Counted from the first letter of the stretch, positions 36,203-46,264 are shown. The stretch: 64,000 nt of DNA from Candidatus Xenobia bacterium (GCA_045863235.1 BTUM01000005.1:129154-193153), one strand, 5' to 3'. Numbers and translations are program-made. Notes: a model not told the origin generated them from the letters alone.

Positions 36203-38770
36203 ATGCGAACGCTCGTCTGGGTTTTCCTGTTGGGGGCTACACTCTTGCTTGGCTGCGGAGAACAGGGCGGCCAGGCTGGGGGCGGCCAGGTCGTTGCTCC
36301 CCAGCCGACCACGGCCGACCTGAAGGTGATCCTCGATCTCGCTGGAGCCAGTGCAGTCCCACCCCAGGTCGGCTTCCCCGAGAGCGCCGCGAGCTTCGTG
36401 CTCGAGGTGGAGGACCCGGTGGCGGGAGGAGTGCTGGCCGGACCGGTGACCCTCGAGCGTCAGGCGGGCCAGGCTCGCCTGGAGCAGTTCTTCCCCGATC
36501 TGCCCGTCGGTCCGCTGCGGTTGCTGGTGACCACCCTGGACCCCCGGGGAGCCCGGCTGGGCCTGTCGGACCAGATCTTCAACCTGGCCGCGCCGGAGAG
36601 CCAGGCCACCATCTCCTCTTTGTTCATGCCCGGACCTACCCGGGAGATCGGGCTGATCAGCATCGGCCAGCAGGGGGTCAATGGCCCCAGCCGTCAGCCG
36701 GCCATCAGCAGCGACGGGCGTTTCGTGGCCTTCAGCTCCTCGGCCACCAACCTCCTCTCCACGCTCAGCACTGGCACCCCCGTCAACCGCATCTACGTGC
36801 GCGACCGCCTGACCGGCGTGGTCCGGCTCGGATCGCTGGTAAGCCCGACTTCCCAGATCGGCGGTATTACGGACGGCACCTCGAACACGCTGCTCTTTTC
36901 CGAGACCAGCCCTCTGAACGGCTCCACTGCGGACGGAACCTCCAACACTCTGCTCTTCACCGAGGTCACCGGGGGGGACCAGAAACCCGACCTGTCCGGG
37001 GACGGGCGCTTCGTGGTCTACGAGCGTCAGGTCGACCTTCGCAGCGGCACCGAGATCCACATGCGCGATACCCGGGGGCGCCTGGCCAACAAGCTTACTC
37101 CTGCGACCATCGTGGTTGGAACGCAAACACTGACCATCGCCTCCGGATCCGATCCCCGCATCTCCGAGGACGGTCGCTTCGTGGTCTACACCGCGCGAAT
37201 CACGGGCCAGCGCGACCAGATCGTTCTCTATGATCGCTTCAGCAACACCACGGTCCTGGCCACCGGCACGCTGTCGGCCGTGACTTGCAGCCGTCCGGTG
37301 ATGACGCCCGACGCAGGGCAGATCTTCTTCTTCTCGGGTCAATTCTCCAGCGGTTTCGAGTTGCTGGTCCACAACCGCGCTGCCGCCACGACCACCCGCA
37401 TCGGCCCCCTGTCCACCGAGAATGTCCCCTGCGCGGTCTCGCGAGACGGCAACCTGGTCGCGGTCAACTCCAGCCGGCGCCTGCTCTTGATCGACCGCAC
37501 CCAGGGCACCACCACCGAACTCCCGCGTCCGGATGCCCTGGCCATCGAGGGAGCCCCCTCCCTGTCTGCGGACGGCCGATTCGTGACCTTCTGCTCGAGC
37601 CGGCCCGACCTGGTGTCCAACGACCTGAACGCTCGCAGGGATGCGTTCGTGCTCGACCGGTCCAACGGGGTCATCAGCCGCCTCAACGTGTCCAACGACG
37701 GCACGGCGGTAGAAGGCGGGGTGGAGCTCTCCGGACCGCCCGTCATCGCCCGCGACGGCTCGCGCATCGCCTTCGCCAGCGACGACACCCTGCTCGTCCC
37801 CAACGACAACAACAATGCCACCGACATCTTCAGCGCCGTCAACCCGACGACCGGTCGTCTCTACCTGGCCCAGCCCTCCTCCATCATGCGCTTCGACAAC
37901 CTGGTGACGGCCCGGGAGACTCTGACGCCGGCCGCCACCATCACCAGCCCGTCGCTCGGACCGGCGACTGCCGATCTCTTCCTGGATACCCTCAATGACC
38001 GGTTGTATGTGGCTACGGGTCCCGGCGCGGTGGTGGATCGGGTGCTGGTTTTCGATCAGGCCAGCACGCTGAACGGCTCGGTGACCCCTGCCCTGGAGGT
38101 GGCTCTGCCGGTCCAGGGCCGCGGGCTTTTCCTGGATGCAGGCCGAGATACGGTCTTTCTGGGCAATACCATCCGTCGCAACATCTCGAGCACTCTCACG
38201 CTGAGTGGAAGCTCCGACGTGACCACGCTCCCCATCACCCCGACGGCGCTGCACGTGGATACCCGACGGGCCGAGCTTTATGCGGCCAGTTTTCCCGGGC
38301 AGGTGGAGGTCTTTGCAGTCCAGGAGACCCCGGTTCGGGTTCGATTCCTGGACACGCTGGCCAACAGCATCGTGCGGGGCCTGGCGCTGGACATCTCTCC
38401 GGCTGGCATTTTGGGAGTTAACCGGGCCAACCTGATGGTGCAGGCCGACGGGAACCGGGCGGCGGGAACGGTGCCTCCCAACCAGCTGAACCGCCTGGCG
38501 CGCTTCTCCGGCAATGGCAGCGACCCCAACCAGGCTTTTGCTCTGGTCAACCTGCTGGCCGGCACCCGGACCCGCTTCGGAACCCCGCCCGCGACGATCG
38601 CACGCGGCACGGGCCCGCTGCAGCTCGATGTCTTCACCGGCACGGCCTATTCGGCCGATTTTGCCCGGGTGCTGGTCTTTCCGGTCTCCGCCAATGGAGA
38701 CGTGCTTCCCAGCCGGATCCTGCGTCCGGGATTCGGCCCTCGCGGGATGGCCATCGACCGAACCCGGTAG
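36203..38770 (+). CDS. Lipoprotein with TolB/PD40-like beta-propellers
   Basis: Lipobox LLGC; repeated PxISxDGRFV motifs; DNNNATDIF. Confidence 0.88.
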   Translation: MRTLVWVFLLGATLLLGCGEQGGQAGGGQVVAPQPTTADLKVILDLAGASAVPPQVGFPESAASFVLEVEDPVAGGVLAGPVTLERQAGQARLEQFFPDLPVGPLRLLVTTLDPRGARLGLSDQIFNLAAPESQATISSLFMPGPTREIGLISIGQQGVNGPSRQPAISSDGRFVAFSSSATNLLSTLSTGTPVNRIYVRDRLTGVVRLGSLVSPTSQIGGITDGTSNTLLFSETSPLNGSTADGTSNTLLFTEVTGGDQKPDLSGDGRFVVYERQVDLRSGTEIHMRDTRGRLANKLTPATIVVGTQTLTIASGSDPRISEDGRFVVYTARITGQRDQIVLYDRFSNTTVLATGTLSAVTCSRPVMTPDAGQIFFFSGQFSSGFELLVHNRAAATTTRIGPLSTENVPCAVSRDGNLVAVNSSRRLLLIDRTQGTTTELPRPDALAIEGAPSLSADGRFVTFCSSRPDLVSNDLNARRDAFVLDRSNGVISRLNVSNDGTAVEGGVELSGPPVIARDGSRIAFASDDTLLVPNDNNNATDIFSAVNPTTGRLYLAQPSSIMRFDNLVTARETLTPAATITSPSLGPATADLFLDTLNDRLYVATGPGAVVDRVLVFDQASTLNGSVTPALEVALPVQGRGLFLDAGRDTVFLGNTIRRNISSTLTLSGSSDVTTLPITPTALHVDTRRAELYAASFPGQVEVFAVQETPVRVRFLDTLANSIVRGLALDISPAGILGVNRANLMVQADGNRAAGTVPPNQLNRLARFSGNGSDPNQAFALVNLLAGTRTRFGTPPATIARGTGPLQLDVFTGTAYSADFARVLVFPVSANGDVLPSRILRPGFGPRGMAIDRTR

Positions 38771-38845
38771 CCCTGAAAAGCGCAAAGCCTTTTGGTCTTG
38801 GACTCTAACAGCGGCGGATGGGTGCGAGACCAATAGGCGAGCACA

Positions 38846-40948
38846 TTAGAATGGCTTCTTAACTAGCAGCTCCACATTGCGATCATTGGGATTGCCGATC
38901 TGGAACCCCAGCCCGCCCGGCTCGTTCTTGGTGGCCGGTTGGTCGAGGATCTGCGGGTCGTTGGCCGAGAGCTCACGGCTGATGGAGGCCAGGCTGAGAG
39001 GGTCGCCCGGGGCGCCGGTCTCGGGCGGGGCGGCCGTGTCCACCAGGGTCGCGAAGATCGAGAGGGTGCCGTCCTGGTTGTCCACCAGCTCGACGATGCG
39101 GGCCTGCTGGGGGAAGTCGATCAGCGAGGGGCTGTTGACCTCCCAGAAGCCGCCCGTGCGGGCGGTCGGGTCCGGGTGGGGGAAGATACGGCAGTAGTGG
39201 GTGTGGCCGTTCAGCCAGGCCACAACGTTGGGATAGCGATGCAAGACCTGCTCGAACTGGCCGCCCAGCATGCGGATCTGGCCAGGGTTTTCGGGGTCGG
39301 GCAGCGCGTTGTCCATGGTCTCGATGCTGTGGTGGCTGAACAAGATGACCAGCTTGTCCTGGTTGCCTGTCTGGATCAGATTGCCGTTGGCGTCGTAGTA
39401 GCGACTGGAAACCTGCTGGATCTGCTGCTCCATCCAGGCCACCTGCTGCACGTCGATGGAGCCGTTGTTCTCGCCTCCCGGGTTGGTGGTATCCAGCGTC
39501 AGCCCGAGAATGCCGGGGGCCGGCTCGAAGGCGTAGTACATGTTGCCCGTCTGCAGGTTCTGAGCCGTGAACCCGTGCCCGACCGGTCCCGGTACGGCCG
39601 GCGTGTCCAGATGCGCCTGGATGAACTCGGTCCTCTGCAGGAGGTGTCGGGTAGGATCGGCGGTCACCTGCCGCGAGGGCGTGCTGGCCGCGGTCCAGTG
39701 ACCGATGAAGGCGGGCCAGTCGTGGACCGAGTTGATGCCCAGCGGATCGAGGAACTCGGCCAGGAACAGGTCCACGCCGGAGCCTGTCTTGATTTTCTCG
39801 AGCAGTTGGAAGACTTGCGGCAGAGCCAGAATCTTGGTGGTGCTGGTGGCGATCTGGTTGAGCGCCATCTGCGGATTGAGATTGACCTTCTCGGGAAAGT
39901 TCCCCTGCAGGAGGTGGTCGTGGTTGCCGTATGCGCTGTAATAGGGAGTCTTCAACCCTTCAGCCTGGAAGGTCTGCACCGCGGCGGCCAGCAGGCCGGG
40001 GTAGTTGGGAAAGCCATAAGTCTGCTTGTACTGGTCCTGGGGGCCAGGCTCGGGGTGCCAGTATTCGGCCAGGAAGGGCTGGCTGTTGTCCTGGACCCCC
40101 TCGTAGAGATCCGGGTTTCCGGTCGATGGGGTGATCTGGCCCCCGTCGAGCAGGGTCAGGAAGCGCTCGAGCTCGGACTGGTGGCGGTTGTCGCCGTTGT
40201 CCCCGGTGAAGACGGCACAGTCGTACGGCCGACCGGTGGTCGGTCCGGCTCCGATGGAGTTGATCTGGCGGATCATCGCCTCGGTCACGAAGACCGTCAG
40301 CATCTCCTGGGGCCGCCAGGCAGCCTGGAACTCGGTCTTGGGCAAAAACGCGCCCACCAGGTTGCGCAGGAACTCGATGCGCAGGGGGCTCTCCTCGTCG
40401 ATGATGTGGACGTCGGAGAAGTGAGGCATGCAGAGCAGGGAAACCCGCCGAGTCTCGCGATCGGGCTGAGCGGTGGCGCCAAGATCGGTGCGCACGACCT
40501 GGGTCCAGGCGGGGCCATAGGTGAGGGTCTTGTACTGCCCCGTGCCGGTGGTGACGATGCTCCGATCGAGCGTGGTCGTGCCGACGAGGAGCAGGATCTC
40601 GGGATCGTCGATGCGGGTCACCTGATCGGGCTGTAGGCTGACGTCCTGCTCGTGCGTGCCCACCACCTGATCGCCGTCGAGGTACTCGATCCGGATTCGG
40701 TTGACGATGGTGGGCACGAGGACCCGGACCTGAGTGGCCTTGGGAAGGACGACCGGTCCGAAGACCGACTGGCCGACCTGAAATCCGGTGATGCGGAAGT
40801 CGCTCACCCGGTTGATGACGCCTCGGAACAGTGTGTGGTTGAGCTCGATGGTCGAGGTGGGCCCCCCGATGGCGGCGGGAACATCGTTTGAGCCGCCGCA
40901 GGCGGTGAAGATCAGGGTCAAAAGCAAGAGGAGAGCGAGGCGCTTCAA
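38846..40948 (-). CDS. Lipoprotein metallophosphoesterase (TIGR03767-like)
   Basis: AAGGAG RBS before TTG 40948; lipobox FTAC; SDVH, TGDNGD, GNHD, SHH, NGHTH. Confidence 0.9.
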   Translation of the reverse strand: MKRLALLLLLTLIFTACGGSNDVPAAIGGPTSTIELNHTLFRGVINRVSDFRITGFQVGQSVFGPVVLPKATQVRVLVPTIVNRIRIEYLDGDQVVGTHEQDVSLQPDQVTRIDDPEILLLVGTTTLDRSIVTTGTGQYKTLTYGPAWTQVVRTDLGATAQPDRETRRVSLLCMPHFSDVHIIDEESPLRIEFLRNLVGAFLPKTEFQAAWRPQEMLTVFVTEAMIRQINSIGAGPTTGRPYDCAVFTGDNGDNRHQSELERFLTLLDGGQITPSTGNPDLYEGVQDNSQPFLAEYWHPEPGPQDQYKQTYGFPNYPGLLAAAVQTFQAEGLKTPYYSAYGNHDHLLQGNFPEKVNLNPQMALNQIATSTTKILALPQVFQLLEKIKTGSGVDLFLAEFLDPLGINSVHDWPAFIGHWTAASTPSRQVTADPTRHLLQRTEFIQAHLDTPAVPGPVGHGFTAQNLQTGNMYYAFEPAPGILGLTLDTTNPGGENNGSIDVQQVAWMEQQIQQVSSRYYDANGNLIQTGNQDKLVILFSHHSIETMDNALPDPENPGQIRMLGGQFEQVLHRYPNVVAWLNGHTHYCRIFPHPDPTARTGGFWEVNSPSLIDFPQQARIVELVDNQDGTLSIFATLVDTAAPPETGAPGDPLSLASISRELSANDPQILDQPATKNEPGGLGFQIGNPNDRNVELLVKKPF

Positions 40949-40989
40949 GAGAGAATCTCCTTCCGAGAGTGGGCATGCTTTCAGCGGGG

Positions 40990-41145
40990 ACAGCAAGGGC
41001 TGACGAGTTTGGAATGCGGCGCGACGAGTCCTTCTTTCCCGAGATGCGGACTGGTAGGTTCCAGGTTCCCCGGTCCAGCACCAACACCCGGGTAAGACTC
41101 GTCGGTTCGCAGCTCTCCAGACCGCACCTGGACCCATCCTACTGC
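40990..41145. other. Long imperfect rod-like inverted repeat in an intergenic region (candidate structured RNA)
   Basis: Core CGACGAGTC (41022-41030) / GACTCGTCG (41096-41104) with nested pairing inside and outside. Confidence 0.4.
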
Positions 41146-41281
41146 GGACAGACAGGGCCTGGGAGACAAGGGACGTGGGATTGACGACCTCCGTCATCTG
41201 CTGACTGACCAGGGGTTGACTTGATCCGATCGCTTGACACGGGTGCGAAATTCGGCCACAAAGGTCTTGCGAGCACAATCG

Positions 41282-41671
41282 ATGAGCTTTCGGCGAAGAA
41301 CCTGCTCGGGGGGAACCTGGCAGTGGCTGACCCTGCTCTTGTGGCTCGTTTTGTGCTCTCCGGGCCTGGCCGAGGACGACTTCTGTGGCCGACCCATCTG
41401 TTGCTCAGGTTGCGCCCAGGGCTGCTGTACGGGCGGGGTCTGTGGCGGGGCTGGAACCACTGGTTGCCCGGACAACGCGGGCGTCAGCGGACGCTGCCAG
41501 CCTCTTGTGACCGAGCTTCCCGTCAGTTCCACCACCCGGCCGCCTGAGCTGGCCATCGCCCTCCCTTCGATGGCCCTGGCGCGTCAGCCCGATCCAGCTT
41601 TGTCGCTTCCCTTCGAGGCTCAATGGCCGCTCCGGCTGCTCGAGCCACCACCGGTCCCACCTCCACGCTAG
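41282..41671 (+). CDS. Small exported Cys-rich protein with Pro-rich C terminus (CruR/CutF/DUF2946-like leader candidate)
   Basis: Signal peptide; CGRPICCSGCAQGCCTGGVC; ends EPPPVPPPR; 48 nt upstream of a Met-rich barrel gene. Confidence 0.6.
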   Translation: MSFRRRTCSGGTWQWLTLLLWLVLCSPGLAEDDFCGRPICCSGCAQGCCTGGVCGGAGTTGCPDNAGVSGRCQPLVTELPVSSTTRPPELAIALPSMALARQPDPALSLPFEAQWPLRLLEPPPVPPPR

Positions 41672-41719
41672 AGCGACTCCGGCGCCCGCTCTCAGCACAA
41701 ATTATGAGGAGGAGATCCA

Positions 41720-42814
41720 ATGAACCCCAGAACCAGGGGGCAAGCCTGGCTTGTCCTGTTGCTCCTTTGTTGTCTCTCGCTCCCGGCGCCGGCCGGCGAA
41801 TGCGATTGCTCCGCCTGCCCCACCGAGGAGAATCCCACCACCGGGACCTGGACCCTGACCATCGGCTACGACCACATGGACATGGGGACCCTGCTGCAAG
41901 GCTCCACCCGGGTCAGCCCCACTCAGGCAGCCCTGGACGGACTGGCGGCCAACGGCTCGCCCATGTTCGTGGTGCCCACCTCCATGCTCATGGAGCGCTT
42001 TGTCCTGCGGGCGCGCTACGCCCTGGACGAGCGCCAGAGCATCGGTCTGTCCCTGCCCCAGGTGCTCAACCAGATGGACATGCTGATGGTGATGGCCCCG
42101 ATGCCCGCGGTCGGTCCGGGAATGGGCATGCCCGGAATGGGAATGCCCATGCCGGCCGCGGGTCCTACCTTCCGCTCGATGACGATGGACCCGATCAACC
42201 AACTGGGCGACATCGTGCTGCATTACTCCTACGACGTGATCGATGAGTCCGACGCTCGCCTGACGCTGGGAGTGGGCTTGAAGACCCCCACGGGCGATTC
42301 TCAGGTGCGCGACCCCAACGGGCGCTTGATTCACGCCATGATGCAGCCGGGCAGCGGGTCGTGGGACGCGGTGCTGACCGCCAGTGGACGCGTGGAGCTC
42401 GACGAGACCTGGGCCATCGAGCCCGCTCTGAGCTACCAGCTCACCAGTCGCAATGAGCTCGGCTACCGTTTCGGTAACCGATTCGGCTACGATCTGGGAC
42501 TGCGCTGCCGGGTGCTCGAGCCCCTCACGCTGAGGCTCGACCTCAACGGTGTGGTGACGGGTCGTGACAGCACCGACGGCACGCTCGACCCGGGGACCGG
42601 CACGGTCGCCTACCAGCGACCCGCCACTTCGCTCATCGACAACGTGCAGAACACCGGGCTCAGCACGCTCTACCTCTCGCCTGGTCTCACCTGGCGGATC
42701 GTGGACGAGGTCGGGGTGACGGTGCAGCACCGGATCCCCATCGCCCGCTCGGTCAACGGCACCCAGCTGGTGACCGACGGCTGGACCCAGATCCAGCTGA
42801 GCGGCAGCTTCTGA
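41720..42814 (+). CDS. Outer-membrane beta-barrel transporter-like protein with Met-rich loop
   Basis: GAGGAGGAG RBS; signal peptide; ECDCSAC; MDMLMVMAPMP..GMGMPGMGMPMP; LGD, GLKTPTG, QPGSGSWD; C-terminal Phe. Confidence 0.8.
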   Translation: MNPRTRGQAWLVLLLLCCLSLPAPAGECDCSACPTEENPTTGTWTLTIGYDHMDMGTLLQGSTRVSPTQAALDGLAANGSPMFVVPTSMLMERFVLRARYALDERQSIGLSLPQVLNQMDMLMVMAPMPAVGPGMGMPGMGMPMPAAGPTFRSMTMDPINQLGDIVLHYSYDVIDESDARLTLGVGLKTPTGDSQVRDPNGRLIHAMMQPGSGSWDAVLTASGRVELDETWAIEPALSYQLTSRNELGYRFGNRFGYDLGLRCRVLEPLTLRLDLNGVVTGRDSTDGTLDPGTGTVAYQRPATSLIDNVQNTGLSTLYLSPGLTWRIVDEVGVTVQHRIPIARSVNGTQLVTDGWTQIQLSGSF

Positions 42815-42820
42815 GGCGCC

Positions 42821-43861
42821 TCAGGCTGCCGCAGCCAGCCGCCAGCCGATGGGATCCTCCGGGTCCACGCCCTCAACGAAGGGGCGGTGACGCTCGAGGT
42901 GGGTGAGCTGGTAGACCAGACCCAGCCAGTTGTTGAAAACGGCCTTGCCGGTATCGCCCCAGGTGTTGTCCAGCAAGTCTTCCAGCTCGGCTTCGGGAAA
43001 GGTCTCCAGCTCACCCCGTCGGTAGCGCTCCGCCAGGGCCTCGGCCCCCGGGGGGAAGTAACCTTCCGGAAAGGGAGGCGGATGCGCCAGCTCGCCCGCC
43101 AGGTAGCGCAGCACCTCGCGCTTGTATTCCTTGAGCAGGCTGTTGAGGTCATACTCGGGATGGCCCTGCGAGTAGACGACGCGCAGACCGTCCGGGCTGA
43201 CGGCCAGGTGCACCTCGTCGTGGTCGTCCAGGATTAGCGGCGTCACCCCGCACTGGCGCAGCCGCTCGGCGCTGACCGTGTTCCAGCGAGAGTGGGGCAC
43301 GTCGAAGCGCGTGTTGATGTCGTGCAGCAAGGGGTGCTGCAGGCGTGCCTTGCGGTGGCGATAGACGCCCCAGCGCTTGGCAGGCAGCGGTTGGCGACGG
43401 ATGCCGTAGAGGTGCTCGAGCACCGCGTGGCTGGCCAGGCACGAGCACCACACCGAGGTCACCCGGCGCGTGGCCCAGGCCAGCACCTCCATCAACGGTT
43501 CCCAGAAAGGCTCCTGGCGGAGGTCGGGCCGGGTGACGTTGGCCCCGGTCACGATCAGGGCGTCCAGGCCTTCGCTCTTGAGTTGCTCGAAGCTTCGATA
43601 GTGGCGGGCGATGTACTGCTCCGCCTCGGGGCTCCGGGGGAGGCCCGGCAGGCTGAAGGGGTGCACGTAGAACTGGGCGATCTGGTTGCAGTTTCCCACC
43701 AGCTTCAGGAACTGCCGCTCGGTGACCTGGAGGGCAGCGTCCGGCATCATGTTCAGGAAGCCGATGTGGAGCTCTCGGATGTCCTGGCGGGTGGCCTGCT
43801 CCAGCGACAGAGCCCCGGGAAGATTGAGGCTGGGCAGCTCGAGGTGGCGGACCAGCGGCAT
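42821..43861 (-). CDS. metA: Homoserine O-succinyl/acetyltransferase
   Basis: LNMMPD, TERQF, IVTGA, SCLA, PHSRWN, QGHPEYD. Confidence 0.95.
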   Translation of the reverse strand: MPLVRHLELPSLNLPGALSLEQATRQDIRELHIGFLNMMPDAALQVTERQFLKLVGNCNQIAQFYVHPFSLPGLPRSPEAEQYIARHYRSFEQLKSEGLDALIVTGANVTRPDLRQEPFWEPLMEVLAWATRRVTSVWCSCLASHAVLEHLYGIRRQPLPAKRWGVYRHRKARLQHPLLHDINTRFDVPHSRWNTVSAERLRQCGVTPLILDDHDEVHLAVSPDGLRVVYSQGHPEYDLNSLLKEYKREVLRYLAGELAHPPPFPEGYFPPGAEALAERYRRGELETFPEAELEDLLDNTWGDTGKAVFNNWLGLVYQLTHLERHRPFVEGVDPEDPIGWRLAAAA

Positions 43862-43862
43862 C

Positions 43863-45041
43863 TCAGGCCACCTTTAGCCCGGCGGGCAGGGTGGCCGTGA
43901 GGGCAGCCTCGAGGTCAGCCTCGAGGTCCTCGGGGCACTCCAGGCCCACCGACAATCGCAAGAGCTGGCTGGAGATGCCCGCCGCCAGACGGGCGGCCTC
44001 GTCCATGGAGGCGTGGGTCATGCTGGCGGGATGGGCGATCAGGCTTTCCACCCCTCCCAGCGACTCGGCCAGGCTGAAGAAGCGCAGATTTTCGAGCAGG
44101 ATGCGAAGCTCCGGCTCGCCGCCGGCCAACTCGAAGCTGATCATGGCCCCGAACCCGCTCTGCTGCTGGCAGGCCAGGGCGTGGCCCGGGTGGTCGGCCA
44201 GGCCCGGGTAGTAGACTTTCTCCACGGCAGGGTGCTGCTGCAAGAACCGGGCCAGCTCTCTGGCGCTCGTCTCTTGCTGGCGGATCCGCACCGGCAGGGT
44301 GCGCAGCCCGCGCAGGGTCTGGTAGCTGTCGAAGGGGGAGCCTGTGTTGCCGATGCAGTTGGCCCACCAGGCGAAGTCCTGGTGCAACTCAGCCGTGCGC
44401 GAGACCAGGGCGCCTCCCACCACGTCGCTGTGGCCATTGAGGTATTTGGTGGTGGAGTGGACCACCACGTCGGCGCCGAGCTCGAGCGGGCGCTGCAGCA
44501 CCGGTGAGAGGAATGTGTTGTCGGCCGCAAAGAGCGTGCCGTGGGCCCGACAGAGCCGGGCCACCGCTCGCAGGTCGGTGAGGCGCAGCAGCGGGTTGCT
44601 GGGGGTCTCGACCAGGATCAGGCGGGGAGCCTCCTCGGCGAAGGCCGCCTCCAGGGCGGCCGGGTCGGTCTGGTTGACCAGCTTGAGGCGGAAGTAGCCT
44701 CGCTCGGCTTTGTTGCGCAGCAGCCTGTGAGTGCCTCCATAGCAGTCGTGGGGGGCGAGCAAGAGGTCGCCGGGCCGCAGCGCGTAGGTGAGAAGATCCA
44801 GGGCGGCCATGCCGGAGGAGGTGAGCACCGCTGCGTAGCCGCCCTCGAGCTTGCTGATGGCTTCGGCGGTGACGTCGCGGGTGGGGTTGCCGCTGCGGGT
44901 GTAATCATACTGGCGTTTGCCCTGATAGCCGTCGAAGGTGTAGTTGCTGGAAAGATACAGCGGGGGCATGACGGCTCCGTGGGCGCGATCCTGACCGACT
45001 CCGGTGCGGGCGGCGATGGTGCTACAGTTGGGTTCCGGCAT
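43863..45041 (-). CDS. metB: Cystathionine gamma-synthase
   Basis: YDYTRSGNPTRD, ETPSNP, HSTTKYLNGHSD, AESLGGVESL; downstream of an S-box. Confidence 0.95.
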   Translation of the reverse strand: MPEPNCSTIAARTGVGQDRAHGAVMPPLYLSSNYTFDGYQGKRQYDYTRSGNPTRDVTAEAISKLEGGYAAVLTSSGMAALDLLTYALRPGDLLLAPHDCYGGTHRLLRNKAERGYFRLKLVNQTDPAALEAAFAEEAPRLILVETPSNPLLRLTDLRAVARLCRAHGTLFAADNTFLSPVLQRPLELGADVVVHSTTKYLNGHSDVVGGALVSRTAELHQDFAWWANCIGNTGSPFDSYQTLRGLRTLPVRIRQQETSARELARFLQQHPAVEKVYYPGLADHPGHALACQQQSGFGAMISFELAGGEPELRILLENLRFFSLAESLGGVESLIAHPASMTHASMDEAARLAAGISSQLLRLSVGLECPEDLEADLEAALTATLPAGLKVA

Positions 45042-45159
45042 AACGAGCTCTCCTTTTGTCTGGTCTGGAGAACCATCGCGACCAGCCGGGCGGTTGCGCT
45101 TCCAAGAGAGGTCGCGTTGCGACCTGAATTGCGCTGAGCGCCTTCTTCGCGCTCATCGC

Positions 45160-45267
45160 CTCATCTCTCGGCGAAACTCGCCGCAGGACTTGGCACCTTA
45201 ATCCGCTTTGGGCGGAACAGGTTGCCCCAGCTTCACAGGGCCTGAACCCTCGACTGGTCTTGATGAT
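45160..45267 (-). ncRNA. SAM-I (S-box) riboswitch
   Basis: TCATC-AAGA-CCAG-TCGAGGG...GGCCC-TGTGAA-GCTGG-GGCAACC...GGTGCC...GATGA upstream of metB-metA. Confidence 0.93.
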
Positions 45268-45278
45268 TGGTTCTTCCC

Positions 45279-45307
45279 AGAGTAGGGGAGAAGGGGGCTT
45301 TTGTCAA
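45279..45307 (-). promoter_or_regulatory. Sigma70 promoter of the met operon
   Basis: TTGACA-17-TACTCT just upstream of the riboswitch. Confidence 0.85.
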
Positions 45308-45628
45308 TACCAGCGCCCGCGGTCGCATCACGAACGGGAGGGATACCTTGACCGACATGAACTTTACGAGCGATACTATCGTACCTTCGTTTGTTGTATG
45401 CGCTGAAGGAGTGGCGTAAACATTGGGTTCCCGCGGGAATGAAACGGGGTGACCAACACCGTTGAGACCCAAATCGGCCGGGTCCGGCGATTTGGTCCCC
45501 GTGTGGTCCCCAACCATCGGCCTGCCAGCCGAAGCTGCCCGAGAAGTCTACAACAGAGTGAAGCCGACCTGCTCTCTTTCTGCCAGTAGCTCGGAGGAGC
45601 ACTGGCTTCATCTCTTGAAAATTGCCCT

Positions 45629-45910
45629 GTGGCCAGCCCTGAAGAGGTTCGACATCCCTACGTCACGTCTCGTCCCGATGTGTGCGGCGGTAGCCCGGTC
45701 ATTGTGGATACAAGATTCCCGGTGCGATCGGTGGTCAACTACGTCCTCAAACAGGGTCTTTCTCCGGAGGAGTTGGTGTTGGAGTTTCCTCACCTGACCC
45801 TCGCTAAAGTCTACGATGCGCTTTCCTACTACTACGACTACCAAGCTGAGGTCGACGCAGAGATCGAGGAGTGCACCGAGGCGCATTTGAAGCCGAAAAA
45901 GATCGCTTAG
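45629..45910 (+). CDS. DUF433 family antitoxin
   Basis: PDVCGGSPVIVDTRFPV ... EFPHLTLAKVYDALSYY. Confidence 0.9.
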   Translation: MASPEEVRHPYVTSRPDVCGGSPVIVDTRFPVRSVVNYVLKQGLSPEELVLEFPHLTLAKVYDALSYYYDYQAEVDAEIEECTEAHLKPKKIA

Positions 45911-46264
45911 ATGGCCTCGCCTCGCATCCTCTGTGACGAGGATGTCCGAATCTTGCTCGCAGAGGTCCTTCGGCAGAGAGGTTACGACGCGGTCCACGTG
46001 TCCGAGCAGAATCGGTCAGGCAAGACTGACATCGAGCAACTGGAATTCGCAGTGGAAGAACGCCGTGCATTCCTGACTCACAATGTTGGAGACTTTGTCG
46101 TGTTGCATCGAAGGTTTGGGGAAGAGGGTCGAAGCCATTTTGGAATCATCGTCTCCGACCAACTACCCTTTGGTGAGTTGCTTCGCCGAACTCTGCGTTT
46201 CGTGAGTCGATTCACGGCCGACGAACTGAACAATCGGCTCATCTGGCTGCATGACTTCAAGTAA
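45911..46264 (+). CDS. DUF5615 PIN-like toxin
   Basis: LCDEDV, GYDAVHV, GKTDIEQL, LTHNVGDF, HFGII; abuts the DUF433 gene. Confidence 0.9.
   Translation: MASPRILCDEDVRILLAEVLRQRGYDAVHVSEQNRSGKTDIEQLEFAVEERRAFLTHNVGDFVVLHRRFGEEGRSHFGIIVSDQLPFGELLRRTLRFVSRFTADELNNRLIWLHDFK

Noticed and set aside
33833..38833. 1666-aa minus-strand ORF, and similar ones such as 49273..52335
   Set aside because: Antisense shadows of well-supported plus-strand genes, expected with high GC3 codon bias; no motifs.
40990..41145. Assigning the rod-like structure to 6S or SRP RNA
   Set aside because: No large central bubble and no SRP helix 8 motif; left unclassified.
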